Part shown: one piece after another, positions 22,481 through 33,748 of the stretch
How the letters are laid out: each line of letters begins with the position of its first letter
How positions within the stretch are numbered: the first letter of the stretch is position 1
Origin: Felis catus
Lineage: Eukaryota
DNA length: 64,000 nucleotides
NCBI RefSeq assembly: GCF_018350175.1
Contig: NC_058368.1
Span: 49,353,815-49,417,814 of the forward strand
Direction: 5' to 3'
Notes under the pieces: generated by a model
What the model was told of the DNA's origin: nothing
Databases searched by the model: none
What the model saw: the letters and a program-made list of their open reading frames with translations, nothing else
Translations under genes and position numbers: made by a program

Positions 22481-24343
22481 CAGGACAGCCAGCATAGTTT
22501 GAGTCTGTTTCAGTTCGTACCCAGTATTGCGGCAGCTATCTTGCTACCATGAAGATGCAAGACACATGCTGAATAACAATGAGATGAGATCTTTGGATCC
22601 TCCTCCTTTGGAAGGGGTGTTTAGAAAAGGGGATGAATACGAAAATAAAATATTTTGGTTTTTATAAGTATTAGGATGGATATGGAAATAATTAAACAAA
22701 TTTAAGGAAATTAGGGCCTATAATTATTTTTCTATCTACTCTCACATTTCCAACTTTTTTCCTTCATGTATCCAATGAATTTAAACCCCCTTATAACAAT
22801 TGAGAGGGCTGCAAGGAGCTGAAAGAGTAGGCAAAGTCAGTTTCTTTTGGTAGGATCTCCCTCTTTTCCTCTCCCTTATTGAGAGCATTCTATACATTCT
22901 GGTTCTACAAACAATTTGATTCTGAGGGAGTAGGAAAACTAAGCCTCCATGTGGAAATCCAGAGTCCCTGGCTGTAACACTATTTGGATCTATCCTTGTC
23001 CCTAACAAACCATTCTACCTAGTTCCTAGAACAAGATTAACATCATGGGAGCCCAAATGTTTCATCTATATCATGGTCTTCTAGACTTCTTCTGAACTTG
23101 AATCTAAGATAATTGTGATCTTCAGATGCCCTAATTCCTTCTTGAAGGAATAGGCATTTGAATTTCCACCCTTCCCACATCTTCCCCAGGATGAAAACAA
23201 AAACAAAAACAAAGCCACACACTGGAAGTGTACAGAACCTTTGAAATATTGCACTGAATACTTCACAATGGTCTTAACTCTTCCCATTTCCATAAAGACT
23301 TAAAAGCTGGATGACATCGTAAAGCCAATAAGGACTATGGAGACAAACCCAGTTTTAAGTTTTAAAAACTTAAAAACCCAGTTTACCAATTGTATAGATT
23401 TCTGAAGCTTCTTATTTCTCATCTGCTAAATCAGGACAGTAAGACCTATTCAAAACGTGATTATGAGGATCATCTGAAAACAGCATGTCTCATGCGTCTC
23501 AAAATTCCTTAGAGTACTTTGCTTTGAGCTAGGAAAAATTATGGTGCAACCTCCTGGAACATAAATTTTATTCTAAGATTGAGGAGTAAGGGAAGTTAAA
23601 GTAATTTAACTTATAAATAATGACTCATAAATAATGTAAAACATTGATTAGGTATTAAAACAAGCACATACCATAGAGTTCAAGATTCACATGAATACAT
23701 AAGCTAAAAAATAAAACTGCAAAGAAAGCTGACTTTTAGGGAGCTGCCACAAATTTCATGCTACTCCATGGTATACTTTGGTGACAATTTTTAGAAGCAA
23801 TGTATGCATGCCTTGTGCATTGTCACTTAATAGATAAGGAAATTTTCTTTCCTGCAATTGATTATCTGGGTAAAATTTCTTTCTTAGTGGAAAGTCCTTA
23901 TGAAGTTACCATTACACATCACACCAAGTATAATACATCTACAAGGATGACAGAATAAATGCTAATAAATCAGATAAATGATAAGCATAACACATGTGTC
24001 GCAGTCAATAACCACTTGAACCTGGTAGATTAGGAAAGAAAGGAGATTCAGGGGATTAAGAATTTGGGGGAGGGTTGAAGCCTGAGGCAATGCCAGGGGC
24101 TATCTGACCCATGGAATCATTAGCTTTCTAAACTAGCTACCCATGACTTCTTTACCAAAGTGATGTATGTACATTGGTGAGAGCAGAAAGACACATTGAC
24201 TTGGTCAGAAACTCTTAACTGGGCAACTCATTGCTTAAGGAATAGAAGTGTGCACCTTTCTCTTTTCATACTTTTTACTGTCTTCATAGATATAGCAAGT
24301 AACCCTAGGTTATTTTTGCAGTATTCTAAGTAGCTATAGAAAT

Positions 24344-24623
24344 CAATGTTTTCAGACTGAGGATTGCAATTTATTAGAACACAATACAAAATTCAGCTGG
24401 GTCAACTCAATTTTTTTGTTAAATACAATAAAGTATTTTAGTGAAACTGAATAGATTTTTAAAAAAGAGATCAGAGAGGTTTTATTTAGTAAAAGTAAAT
24501 ATTGTTTCTAGGAACTTTTGTTTCAGTCATCTGTGAACTGGTTCTGTATGTGTGTGTCCCAGGCTGGTCCCTATGTAAAATGAATGGTGTATTGTGGCTT
24601 GTAGTCAAAGCCTGAGAGCCCCT
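24344..24623. mobile_element. hAT-Charlie non-autonomous element (Charlie4-like)
   Basis: CAATGTTTTCAGACTG start, AAGTAAATATTGTTTCTAGGAACTTTTGTTTCAGT core and TGTGGCTTGTAGTCAAA end. A related piece at ~27021-27237 ends AAAGTTTGAAAACTACTG. Confidence 0.6.
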
Positions 24624-24947
24624 AAAGGAAAGTACCTGTTGATTTTATACACAATGAAACTGAAGCACAAGAGTTTTATAGACTTTGTACAAGCCAACTG
24701 TGAATTTTTGTTAATATCAAGCCTCAAGGTAACATGCAGGTCTCCTGATTCATGCCAAATTTATTTTTTAGTTTCTGCCAAATTTTTCTACACCGCCAAG
24801 TAATCAAAAGCCTTGAAATTGTAGTTTTTATTTTCTTTAGGAATACCCTAGTGGTATTTAAATAAGCACACACCAAAAATTTTCATGTAACAGTACTTAC
24901 ATTTGTAAAAATATGAGAAACTAGGTTTATCCTCAAAGTCTTTGCCT

Positions 24948-25138
24948 CTTTTTAAGTTATTTGTTTTGATAGAGTAGGGGAGGGGCAGACAGAGGGAGAG
25001 AGAGAGAGAGAGAGAGAGACAGAGACAGAGAGTCCCAAGCAGGCTCCACAGTAACAGTGTAGAGCCTGATGCAGGGCTTGAACTCACTAACTGTGAGATC
25101 ATGACCTGAGATGAAATCAAGAGTCAAACACAATTGAC
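24948..25138 (-). mobile_element. Can-SINE lacking the first ~25 nt of the head
   Basis: (GA)n, CCCAAGCAGGCTCC and GAGATCATGACCTGAG...AAATCAAGAGTC. Confidence 0.9.
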
Positions 25139-25235
25139 TCTTTTCTTGCTCACTGATACAGCCAGCTGCACTCTGAACTGCCCAATGGAGTGACCTATGT
25201 GGGATAAACTGAGGGAACCTCTAGCAACATCATTA

Positions 25236-25634
25236 GTGTGGTCTATCCATACCATGGATTATTGTTCAGCCATAAAAAGGAATGAGGTACCGTTACATGC
25301 TTACAACATGGGTGAACCTTGAAAACACTGAGCTAAATGAAAGAAGCCAACACTAAAGGCCACATATTATCTGATTTAATGTGTATGAAATGCCCCAAAA
25401 AGGCAAATACAGAGAGATAGAAAGTAGATTACTAGATGCCAGGGCTGGAGGGGCGGGGGGTGTGGTATGACTACTTAATGAGTATGGGGTTTCTTTTTTG
25501 GGATGATGAAATATTCTGGAATTAGTGAATGGCTGCACAACACTGAATATACTAAAAACCACCTGAATTGCACACTTAAAAGTTAAAATTGTGAATCTGA
25601 TGGTAAGTGAATTTTACCTCAATTCTTTTAAAAG
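25236..25634 (+). mobile_element. L1MB-type 3' end
   Basis: TTCAGCCATAAAAAGGAATGAGGTAC...GAAAGAAGCCA...GGGGTTTCTTTTTTGGGATGATGAAA...TACCTCAAT. Confidence 0.88.
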
Positions 25635-26299
25635 GGCAATAGGAAATGATGGAATGATATAAGGGGTAAGGGAATGAAGCACAACTGAGGGGAAGGACTC
25701 CGTATTATCTATTCCTCCTCCAAAGGAACTGCTGTTGGCTTGGAGCAGTCACTTATCCAGTGAGGACCAGCAGGCCACACAGGCTCATTCCATGGGGATA
25801 TCCCATCTGATTCATCATACTACCCCAACACTAATCGCTTCCAAGCAGTAATGTATCCTGTCCTATGTCCTCATAAAACATCAAACCCACTTGTTCCCTA
25901 AGCCATCTAAACATTTTTTTTAATCTTTATAGTACATTAATGCCAGAGACTTATTTTCTCATTTCTTTCCATGTAAAATCTTACAGGGGTCAGACATTTT
26001 ATTCTCTCCAAATTACTCCCTAATGGAATTTTGTAGATAACCTGCTAGATAGGAGATTCTTTCAAGTGCTTGAGGAAAAATTAAAACCCTGTCATTAGGT
26101 CATAAAAGGATAAAGGAACATTCCTTTGAGCAAGGCCATTTAATCAGAATCCCAGATAGAAGAAAATTTGATGTGTAAAGGATGAATCATTTTGTTATAT
26201 TTCAGGAAGGAGTGCCCTGAAGCTAAAATAATTTATTAGGTTTTTATAAACTTTAATATTTAAGTATAGAGATTATAAATTCTCCCATGGCTAGTTCTG

Positions 26300-27615
26300 G
26301 ATTCCTTCTTTCCTTCCACATCTCGTATCTAAACTCAGTCTAAGGCTGTTTCTCTTATAATTATTATGGCAATTCTTCAACTTTCTCAGTCTAAGCCCTC
26401 ATCATTTACTGCCTGGTCTTTTGAATAATTTTTTCCAGAATATGTATTTATTTTTTCCCTTTTTTTAAATTTAAATTTTAGTTAGGTAACATACAGCACA
26501 ATATTGGTTTCAGGAGTAGTAATCAGTGATTCATCACTTATATACAACACCCAGTGCTCAGCACAAGTGCCCTTCTTAGTACCCATCACCCATCTAGCCC
26601 ATCTGCCACTACCTCCCTCTGCCAACCCATGGTCTGTTTTCTATCATTAAGAGTCTTGTGGTTTGTTTCCCTCTCTTCTCTTCCCACATGTTCATCTGTT
26701 TTGTTTCTTATATTCCACATAGGAGTGAAATCATATGGTTATTTGCTTTTCTCTGATTGACTTATTGCACTTAGCATAATACATTCTAGCTCTATCCACA
26801 TCATTGCAAATGGCAAGTTTTCATTCTTTTTGATGGCTGAGTAATATCCAATACTTTAATTCCTAACTGGCTCTGGACTTGAAGTCTGTCTACCAGATTA
26901 GGATCTTACTCTAATCCTTACTCTGAAGTCAAGTGATTTTTCTAAAAGGTAAGTATGATAGGTCATTTCAAGTATTCTTTTTCACTAGAGGAAGTGATCT
27001 CTTGCTGGGTGAAACAACTGAGTGGATCTCAAACTACATTTTTCACCAATGAAGTATAGAAAAGACTAAACAGTAGAAAAAAGGTAATAGGAAAAAGAAG
27101 AGGAAAAGTGAAAGATGTGTTTTATTAATCACAAGTCTTGTTTCAGGTGACTTGTTTTAATTACAATTAAACAATGATAAATTATAATTTATTTAGAATT
27201 TCTTACTGTCAGGGTCAGGAAAGTTTGAAAACTACTGATCAAGGTAAAATCAAGTTTTAGCCTGATTTACAAAACCCGGTTCATTGGGCTTGTGCCTGCC
27301 TTTCCAACCTTTCTTTGGTCCCTCCAGGTTCTCTCACCCTGTGCCTTTGGTATTCAAAAAAAGTCTTCCCCTACCTTATCTGGCAAATGAGTACTTATCT
27401 TTAAAGAGGCAATTGGAATGTTTTCTCCTTAGACAGCTGTTCAACTTCCAGTCAGGAAGCAACACTTCCTGTTCCAAGCTGCCATCAACCCTATTATAAG
27501 ATCCTTTATCACACTGTAATCATTTGCTGATATACATGCTTTCCCAAGGCTTCTAAAGGCAGAATTCTGAGCAAACACATTATCTGACTTGTACCAAGCG
27601 TTCAATAAAATGAAT
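26300..27615 (+). mobile_element. L2 LINE remnant, interrupted by L1 and a Charlie-like MITE
   Basis: L2 motifs AGCCCTCATCATTTACTGCCTGG / TCCTAACTGG / AGTGATTTTTCTAAAAGGTAAGTATGAT / CAATAAAATGAAT. Confidence 0.55.
26445..26851 (-). mobile_element. Carnivore L1 3' end
   Basis: GATTCATCACTTATATACAACACCCAGTGCTC...GCAAATGGCAAGTTTTCATTCTTTTTGATGGCTGAGTAATA. Confidence 0.9.
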
Positions 27616-27701
27616 ATAACATGTACGAAGAAGAGCTTAAATATCCTTATGTTTACATACCATCGTACTGCCTCTTGATTAAGGTATTCCTTCGGAACCT
27701 T

Positions 27702-27737
27702 TGCCATTTATGCCATTTATGCCATTTATGCCATTTA
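27702..27737. repeat. 9-bp tandem repeat (TGCCATTTA)x4
   Basis: Four perfect copies. Confidence 0.97.
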
Positions 27738-27859
27738 GCAATGGCTTGAAAACATTACTATCCACCACCATGATGCAGGTTGCTGCTGCTTCTCACCCCA
27801 TGGCTCACCCCAGAGTGTTTAGCATCAGTGTAGGAAATGTTCAGCACTCGTTCCACATT

Positions 27860-28050
27860 CAAGTGCCCACGTGCAAAGTCCAGCTCCATAACCTGCTAGC
27901 TGTGACTTAAGGGAAATTACACAGCAGCTCTTTGCTTCAGGCACCTCATCTGATGATAATAGTAAGGCTTAAATTATTTAACACCTATAAAGACCATAGA
28001 ACCGTCCCCAGCACATAGGAAGGGGTCAATAAATATTAGCTATAGTTATT
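27860..28050 (+). mobile_element. MIR SINE
   Basis: CTAGCTGTGACTTAAGGGAAATTAC...CTTCAGGCACCTCATCTG...CAGCACATAGGAAG...TCAATAAATATTAGCTAT. Confidence 0.78.
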
Positions 28051-28487
28051 GCCCAAGTAAGAAGCAGAAAATCAATACATATAATTCAGAGCTTCTACTC
28101 TAATGACTTTCAATTTAAGAAGCACTATTTAATTTATCTTAAAACCTATTTGTTCTCCCTGTCCTCAGCTTGATATGTATGGCATACTTTCCTATCATAG
28201 TCACATGGGCCTCTTGCTGTATCTCAGGTTCAGCTACTGTGGATGTTAACTACTTACCTCTTTAAGTTGCCTCCCGGGCTGTGTATCATAGAGTCTACAT
28301 TTAATTCAAACCAGGTCAAACACAGCTCTCAAATATTGAGGGGAAAAAAAAAACCTAGTTGTTTCATAGGATGAGGTAAACTCAATGTTTTTTCTTTGGT
28401 CAAAATTTCATCTTTTTGTTTTAGGACTGAATGGTATGTTATCACCACACTGTCACAGCTTATTTTTTTTTTTTAATTTTATTCCAT

Positions 28488-28519
<32 letters not shown>

Positions 28520-28537
28520 AAATTATTTATTAATTTG

Positions 28538-28655
28538 CAGGTGCTAACTGTGTTCTATTCCTTACCTGGGTAATAGCTTTTATAAGCGACTTTTGTGAGT
28601 ATTTCCTTGTTCTGAGCCCTTATGACTTATGCTATACTTCAATAAAAATTTATTA
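28538..28655 (+). mobile_element. Old L1ME-type extreme 3' end fragment
   Basis: GGTGCT...TGTTCTATTCCTTACCTGGGT...ACTTTTGTGAGTATT...TATGCTATACTTCAATAAAAA. Confidence 0.55.
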
Positions 28656-28779
28656 ACAAAATTATTTACCCTTATATATGCCCTATTAATGTTTGTCTTA
28701 TATGTCAGAATGTTCTGTCTGTCACAGTATTTCCAGTGAGAAAGAGCTCATCTCAACCTTCTCACCAAGAACATTTCCC

Positions 28780-29720
28780 TTCACTAGCTAACCACAGTAC
28801 AATCCACTCAATTCTCCAAACCAAAAGTCACAGAATAAAAACTGATTCCCCATCTCCTTTATCACCATGTATACTGAAATCAATCATCAAATCTAATTAA
28901 TTCTACTTCCAAAATATTTCTCAATGCCCATAAAATGCCTTGTCACTCCCAAGGTTAGTACCCTAATCCTGGCTCTCAACATTTTTCATTTGGATCTCTG
29001 CAAATGCATGTTGACTTAACCCCTGACTCATGGTTGTCTCCAACCAATCCTCAGTACTGCCGGTGTCTCCTTTCTAGGAATTATACGTGATCATGCAGTT
29101 TATACACTTAAATGTAATTGATGTTTTTCTATTACCTGTAAATTAAAGTGTAAGCCTTTTAAAAGTATATATTCAGGTCTCCCACAAATTATTCCAGTCT
29201 ACTTTTCTAAGGTCATCTCCAGCCATCACCCATCCCAATAACCATCCACCATAGGTTCCTGTCACATCACATTTCTTCTCATTTCCCCAGACTCTAAGTT
29301 CATACTTTTAAGCATTTCTCCACTTAGAAAAAATCTTGCTCATTCTTCAAGTTTCAGTTCAAATACCACTTCTTCTGAGGCTTTCCCTTCCCTGCCCTGT
29401 ATTTCCACAGAGAGGATAATTAACCTTCCAAGTTATCCTCACTTGCCTAATTCTCCCTTCACATTTTTAACCTAGTATTACCATGCAATATTTTGGTTAG
29501 TTATTTACATATTCATTTATGCACAAGAGAGTTTTGAGCATCACTTATGTGCCACGATCTCTGCTAGTTCCTTGGAATTCAATTATAAGCACACCAGGTA
29601 AAGAATTGATTTTGCATTCTAGACTACGCTGCTTGAAGTTAGAGAACATATCTTATTCATCTGTGCATGCTTAGGTTTATCTGGAGCCTAGCATCTAATT
29701 AGCAAATATTCAGTTGAATG
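28780..29720 (+). mobile_element. L2 LINE remnant
   Basis: AATCAATCATCAAATCTAATTAATTCTACTTCCAAAATATTTCTCAAT...TGATCATG...CATTCTTCAAGTTTCAGTTCAAATACCACTTCTTCTGAGGCTTTCCCT...GTTGAATG. Confidence 0.75.
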
Positions 29721-30619
29721 TATTCTCTCTCAGGAATAGACTTATACCATCGGTACCTGAATAAGATCTAACACTATTTTTTTTAGTTAATGCAAGCATT
29801 AATGTTTAATAATTCAACCAATTAATTTTGTTTTCTATCTCAGCATCAGTACCTTAATCCAGATATTGGATTATCTTCTAAAGAATATCAAATAGTGCTT
29901 TGCTAGGTGAACTTCATTTTCAATAATCAGCTGCCATTGAATTGAACAGTGTTCTAAGAAAATTCAAATAAAGACTTAAAATATTTCCAAATGATATAAA
30001 CCTTCCAGAATTGAAAAGTCTATTGCTGAGTTACTTAAGTTTAGGATGGCACGAAATCTTTGACACCCATACGTTTCCGTGGGATTCCCTGCCTTTTCCT
30101 TTGCACAAGCATCCTGAGGTCTTTTGGCTGAAGACTCAGACATGCCCGGTCTTCAAACCAATCCATGTTAGACTAAAGCAATCCATCAGCGGCCTCTCCT
30201 CATCACCTGGGGCATTCCATGACTTGGACAACATCTGGTTCCCTGTTTGACCACTGGGTCATTCTTTTCACTTTCCTGGACTATCCCACTATTCTGATAA
30301 CCGGGCTATTAGCTGTGACTGAAACCTTGACTTGAGACATGGACCATCAGGCCTAAAATCCAGTTCCTTGCTTACAAACAGAATTTTATAGCTTAGGAAC
30401 CAATTCCACAACTATATCAGTTTATCTCTGCATCCTATCCTGCTTAGTCCTCATTTCTATCCTATCTCTACCAGTTTATATTTCAACTATCAGATCAGGC
30501 TTTATGATTAAAATAATTAACATACTAAGTTAGTCTAGTAAGGCCTACCAACTACTTCCTTCCAAATGAAACTATGGTATTAAGAAATTAGATATCTATG
30601 TGCTTTAGGAGATCCTTCT

Positions 30620-30874
30620 CAAACCACACAAGTGAATGTTAATTATGCCAAGACAATTATAGTAATTCCATTCCCACTGGCAGTAAGCTCACATGTGACA
30701 CATCCCTCACCATGGAAACAGAAGAGACCATCTATTTGAGGATTTCAAGGACAGTATCCCTTCCAAGACAGAAAACAGGCACCTATGACTCCCTAACTTT
30801 GGAGTTGGTCATAGAGGATCTAATGCTTGAGGCTGCAGCAGCCATCTTGCCAACAAAAACCCAAGAAGATCGCT
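30620..30874 (+). mobile_element. MaLR LTR (MLT1J-like), 5' part
   Basis: TAATTCCATTCCC...CATGTGACACA...ATGCTTGAGGCTGCAGCAGCCATCTTGC...CCAAGAAGATCGC. Confidence 0.7.
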
Positions 30875-32089
30875 AGACCTAAATGTGAGACTGGAAACCA
30901 TCAAAACCCTGGACAAGAAAACAGGCAACAACCTCTTTGACCTCAGCTGCAGTAATTTCCTGCTCGACACATCTCCAAAGCAAGGGAATTAAACGCAAAA
31001 ATGAACTACTGTGACTTCATCGAGATAAAAAGCTTCTGCACTGCAAAGGAAACAATCAACAAAACTAAAAGGCAACTGACAGAATGGGAGAAAGACATTT
31101 GCAAATGACATATCGGATAAAGGGCTAGTATTCAAAATCTACAAAAAACTCACCAAACTCCACATTCGAGAAACAATCCAGTGAGGAAATGGGCAGAAGA
31201 CATGAATAGACACTTCTCCAAAGAAGACACCCACAGGGCCAACAGACACATGAAAAGATGCTCAATGTCGCTCATCATCAGGGAAATACAAAGTAAAACC
31301 ACTCTGTGATACCACCTCACACCAGTTAGAGTGGCTAAAAGTAACAACTCAGGAAACAACGGATGCTGGCAAGGATGTGGAGAAACAGGAACCCTCCTGT
31401 ACTGTTGGTGGAAATGCAAACTGGTGCAGCTGCTCTGGAAAACAGTGTGGAGGTTCCTCAAAAAATTAAAATCAGAAATACACTATGACCCAGAAATAGC
31501 ACTACTAGGAATTTACCCAAAGGATATAGGAGTGCTGATGCATAGGGGCACATGTACCCCAATGTTTATAGCAGCACTTTCAACAATAGCCAAATTACGC
31601 AAAGAGCCCAAATGTCCATCAACTGATAAATGGATAAAGAAGATGTGGTTTATATATACAATGGAATACTACTTGGCAATGAGAAAGAATGAAATCCTGC
31701 CATTTGCAGCAATGTGAATGGAACTGGATGGTATTATGCTAAGTGGAATAAGTCAGTCAAAGACAGATACCATATGTTTTCACTCATATGTGGAACTTGA
31801 GAAGCTTAACAGAAGACCATGGAGGCAGGCAAGGAGAAAAAATAGCTACAAACAGAGAGGGAAGGAGGCAAACCATAACAGACTCTCAAATACAGAGAAC
31901 AAACTGAGGGTTGATGGGGGAAGGGGTTGGGGGAGAGGGGAAAATGGGTGATAGGCAGTGAGGAGAGCACTTGTTGGGATGAGCACTGGGTGTTGTATGT
32001 AAGTGATGAATCATGGGAATCTACCCCCAAAACCAAGAGCACACTGTATACACTGTCAGCCAACTTGACAATAAATTATATTTAAAAAA
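30875..32089 (+). mobile_element. 5'-truncated felid/carnivore L1 (ORF2 C-terminus + 3'UTR)
   Basis: ORF 31331-31717 encodes the L1 ORF2 C-terminus ([32 protein letters not shown]...CPSTDKWIKKMW). The 3'UTR ends GACAATAAATTATATTTAAAAAA. Confidence 0.95.
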
Positions 32090-32370
32090 GCAATTATGAT
32101 ACAAACTAAAATTCAGTGCATTTGAATATAAAAGGAAAAAAAGTCATTTGTTGTGTAACTACCACATGCAAGGTGCTGTGCTAGGGACAGAGGTGGGGAC
32201 TAAAAAGCAAGACTCTGCTATGTCTTCTGTTATAGATCAGAAATCTTCCAAGAAATGATCCAATTAACCCTGAATTGTGAGGTCCACAAATGTTTGTTTC
32301 CTATTGGAAATAAAGAGAACTTGTGAGCCAAAAAACTAAATAAATAAAATTGAAAAAAAAAATAATAAAT

Positions 32371-32500
32371 TGGAGCCTTATTGAATCAGCCAAATCTGTA
32401 AACCCTTGCCTCAAAAATATAAACTTTCTTAAAATTTCCTCATTGTTTAAGTCCATTTTAGTGGTGTATTATTTACAGGTAAAGACACCCCAACTCTTAC
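32371..32500 (+). mobile_element. MaLR LTR (MLT1J-like), 3' part
   Basis: GAGCC...TGAATCAGCCAA...CCTCATTGTTTAAG...ATTTACAG...CACCCCAACTCTTACA resembles the MLT1J 3' terminus. Confidence 0.6.
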
Positions 32501-32651
32501 ATTCAAGTAAAAGGCCTGAGAACCAGAATCAACACAGTGTCCTTCAAAAATTACAAACACATAGGAGGTAAATATGAGAACTCCTAGAACGAGACTGAGA
32601 ATGTGTATCTGTGGAGGGCCAGTAGATAAGTAGGAAAATGTGAACCACCCC

Positions 32652-33697
32652 TTGGACTTCTGCTCTGGACAAGATGAGGTAGACCCGGGGCACCTGGGTA
32701 GCTCAGTTGGTTGAGCGTCGGACTTCGGTTCAGGTCATGATTTTGTGGTTTATGAGTTTGAGCCCCACGTTGGGCTCTGTGCTGACAGCTCAGAGCCTGG
32801 AGCTTGCTTCGGATTCTGTGTCCCCAGTCTTGCTGCCCCTCCCCCACTTGTGCGTGCACGCTCTCTCTCTCGCTCTCAGAAAATGAGTAAATATTAAAAA
32901 AAAATTTTAAAAAGGTGAGGTAGACCCATTTCTCCCTGCTCCTCTCACCTAGTCCAACTATAAACCTAAAACCAATGCAACAGGCTACCAAAAGAAAGAT
33001 CTGCAATCTGGTATGGAAATTTGAACAGGCTTAGGACTCCAAGACGGGAGGAACAAACAACAGTAGTCAGGCATGTGATTTCTCCAGCCTAATAACATAA
33101 GGCCACGTGACCCCCATTCTACCCCCAGAAGGCAGCTCAGAAAGGCTCATTGCTCTCCTGGACCCATCAGAAGCCCAGAGAGAACAACAGTCCATCCACA
33201 ACAAGGATCTCTCCAAGCCATTCTAATGATTAGTGGTCAAGGCAACAATTAGATGAACGTCCAGGGTAGTATGATAAGTGGAGGAAAAGAAGTAATCCCC
33301 AAAAGTAACATACTGTATGGTTTCACTTCCATAACACTTTTGAAGAAGCACCATATTAAAAGTTATTGAATAGCTTAGTAGTTACCAGGAGTTTGAAGGG
33401 GACAGAGTATTGGGGGGAGGGGTGAGTGTAGGGATCCTTGTGGTGGTGGATATGTGAATCCACACATGTGATAAAATTAGACAGAAATATATATACCCAC
33501 ACACAAGTACAAGCTAAATTCCAGAGATATGAATAAGAGCAGTAAGTTGTATCAATTCCATTATCCTGGTTGTGATAATGTTCCCTAGTTTTGTAAAATG
33601 TCACCATTGCAGAGAACCTGGTAAAAGACACAGAGGATCTCTCTGTGTATTCTTTACAACACCTCTTAAGTTGACAATTTCACTAAAAGCTTCAGTT

Positions 33698-33700
<3 letters not shown>
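32652..33700 (+). mobile_element. L1MD-type element: 5'UTR-like segment (~32652-33240) abutting a 3'UTR (~33250-33700)
   Basis: GGACTTCTGCTCTGGACAAGATG is an L1 5'-end/YY1-type start. L1MD 3'UTR motifs: ATCCTGGTTGTGATA...AAAATGTCACCATTG...ACACAGAGGATCTCTCTGTGTA. Confidence 0.7.
32687..32911 (+). mobile_element. Can-SINE
   Basis: TSD AAG(A/G)TGAGGTAGACCC at 32671-32686 and 32912-32927. Confidence 0.96.

Positions 33701-33745
<45 letters not shown>
33700..33745. repeat. (CA)n microsatellite at the L1MD tail
   Basis: Directly visible. Confidence 0.98.

Positions 33746-33748
<3 letters not shown>

Noticed and set aside
31331..31717. 128-aa cysteine-containing ORF
   Set aside because: It is the C-terminus of L1 ORF2 in a 5'-truncated copy.
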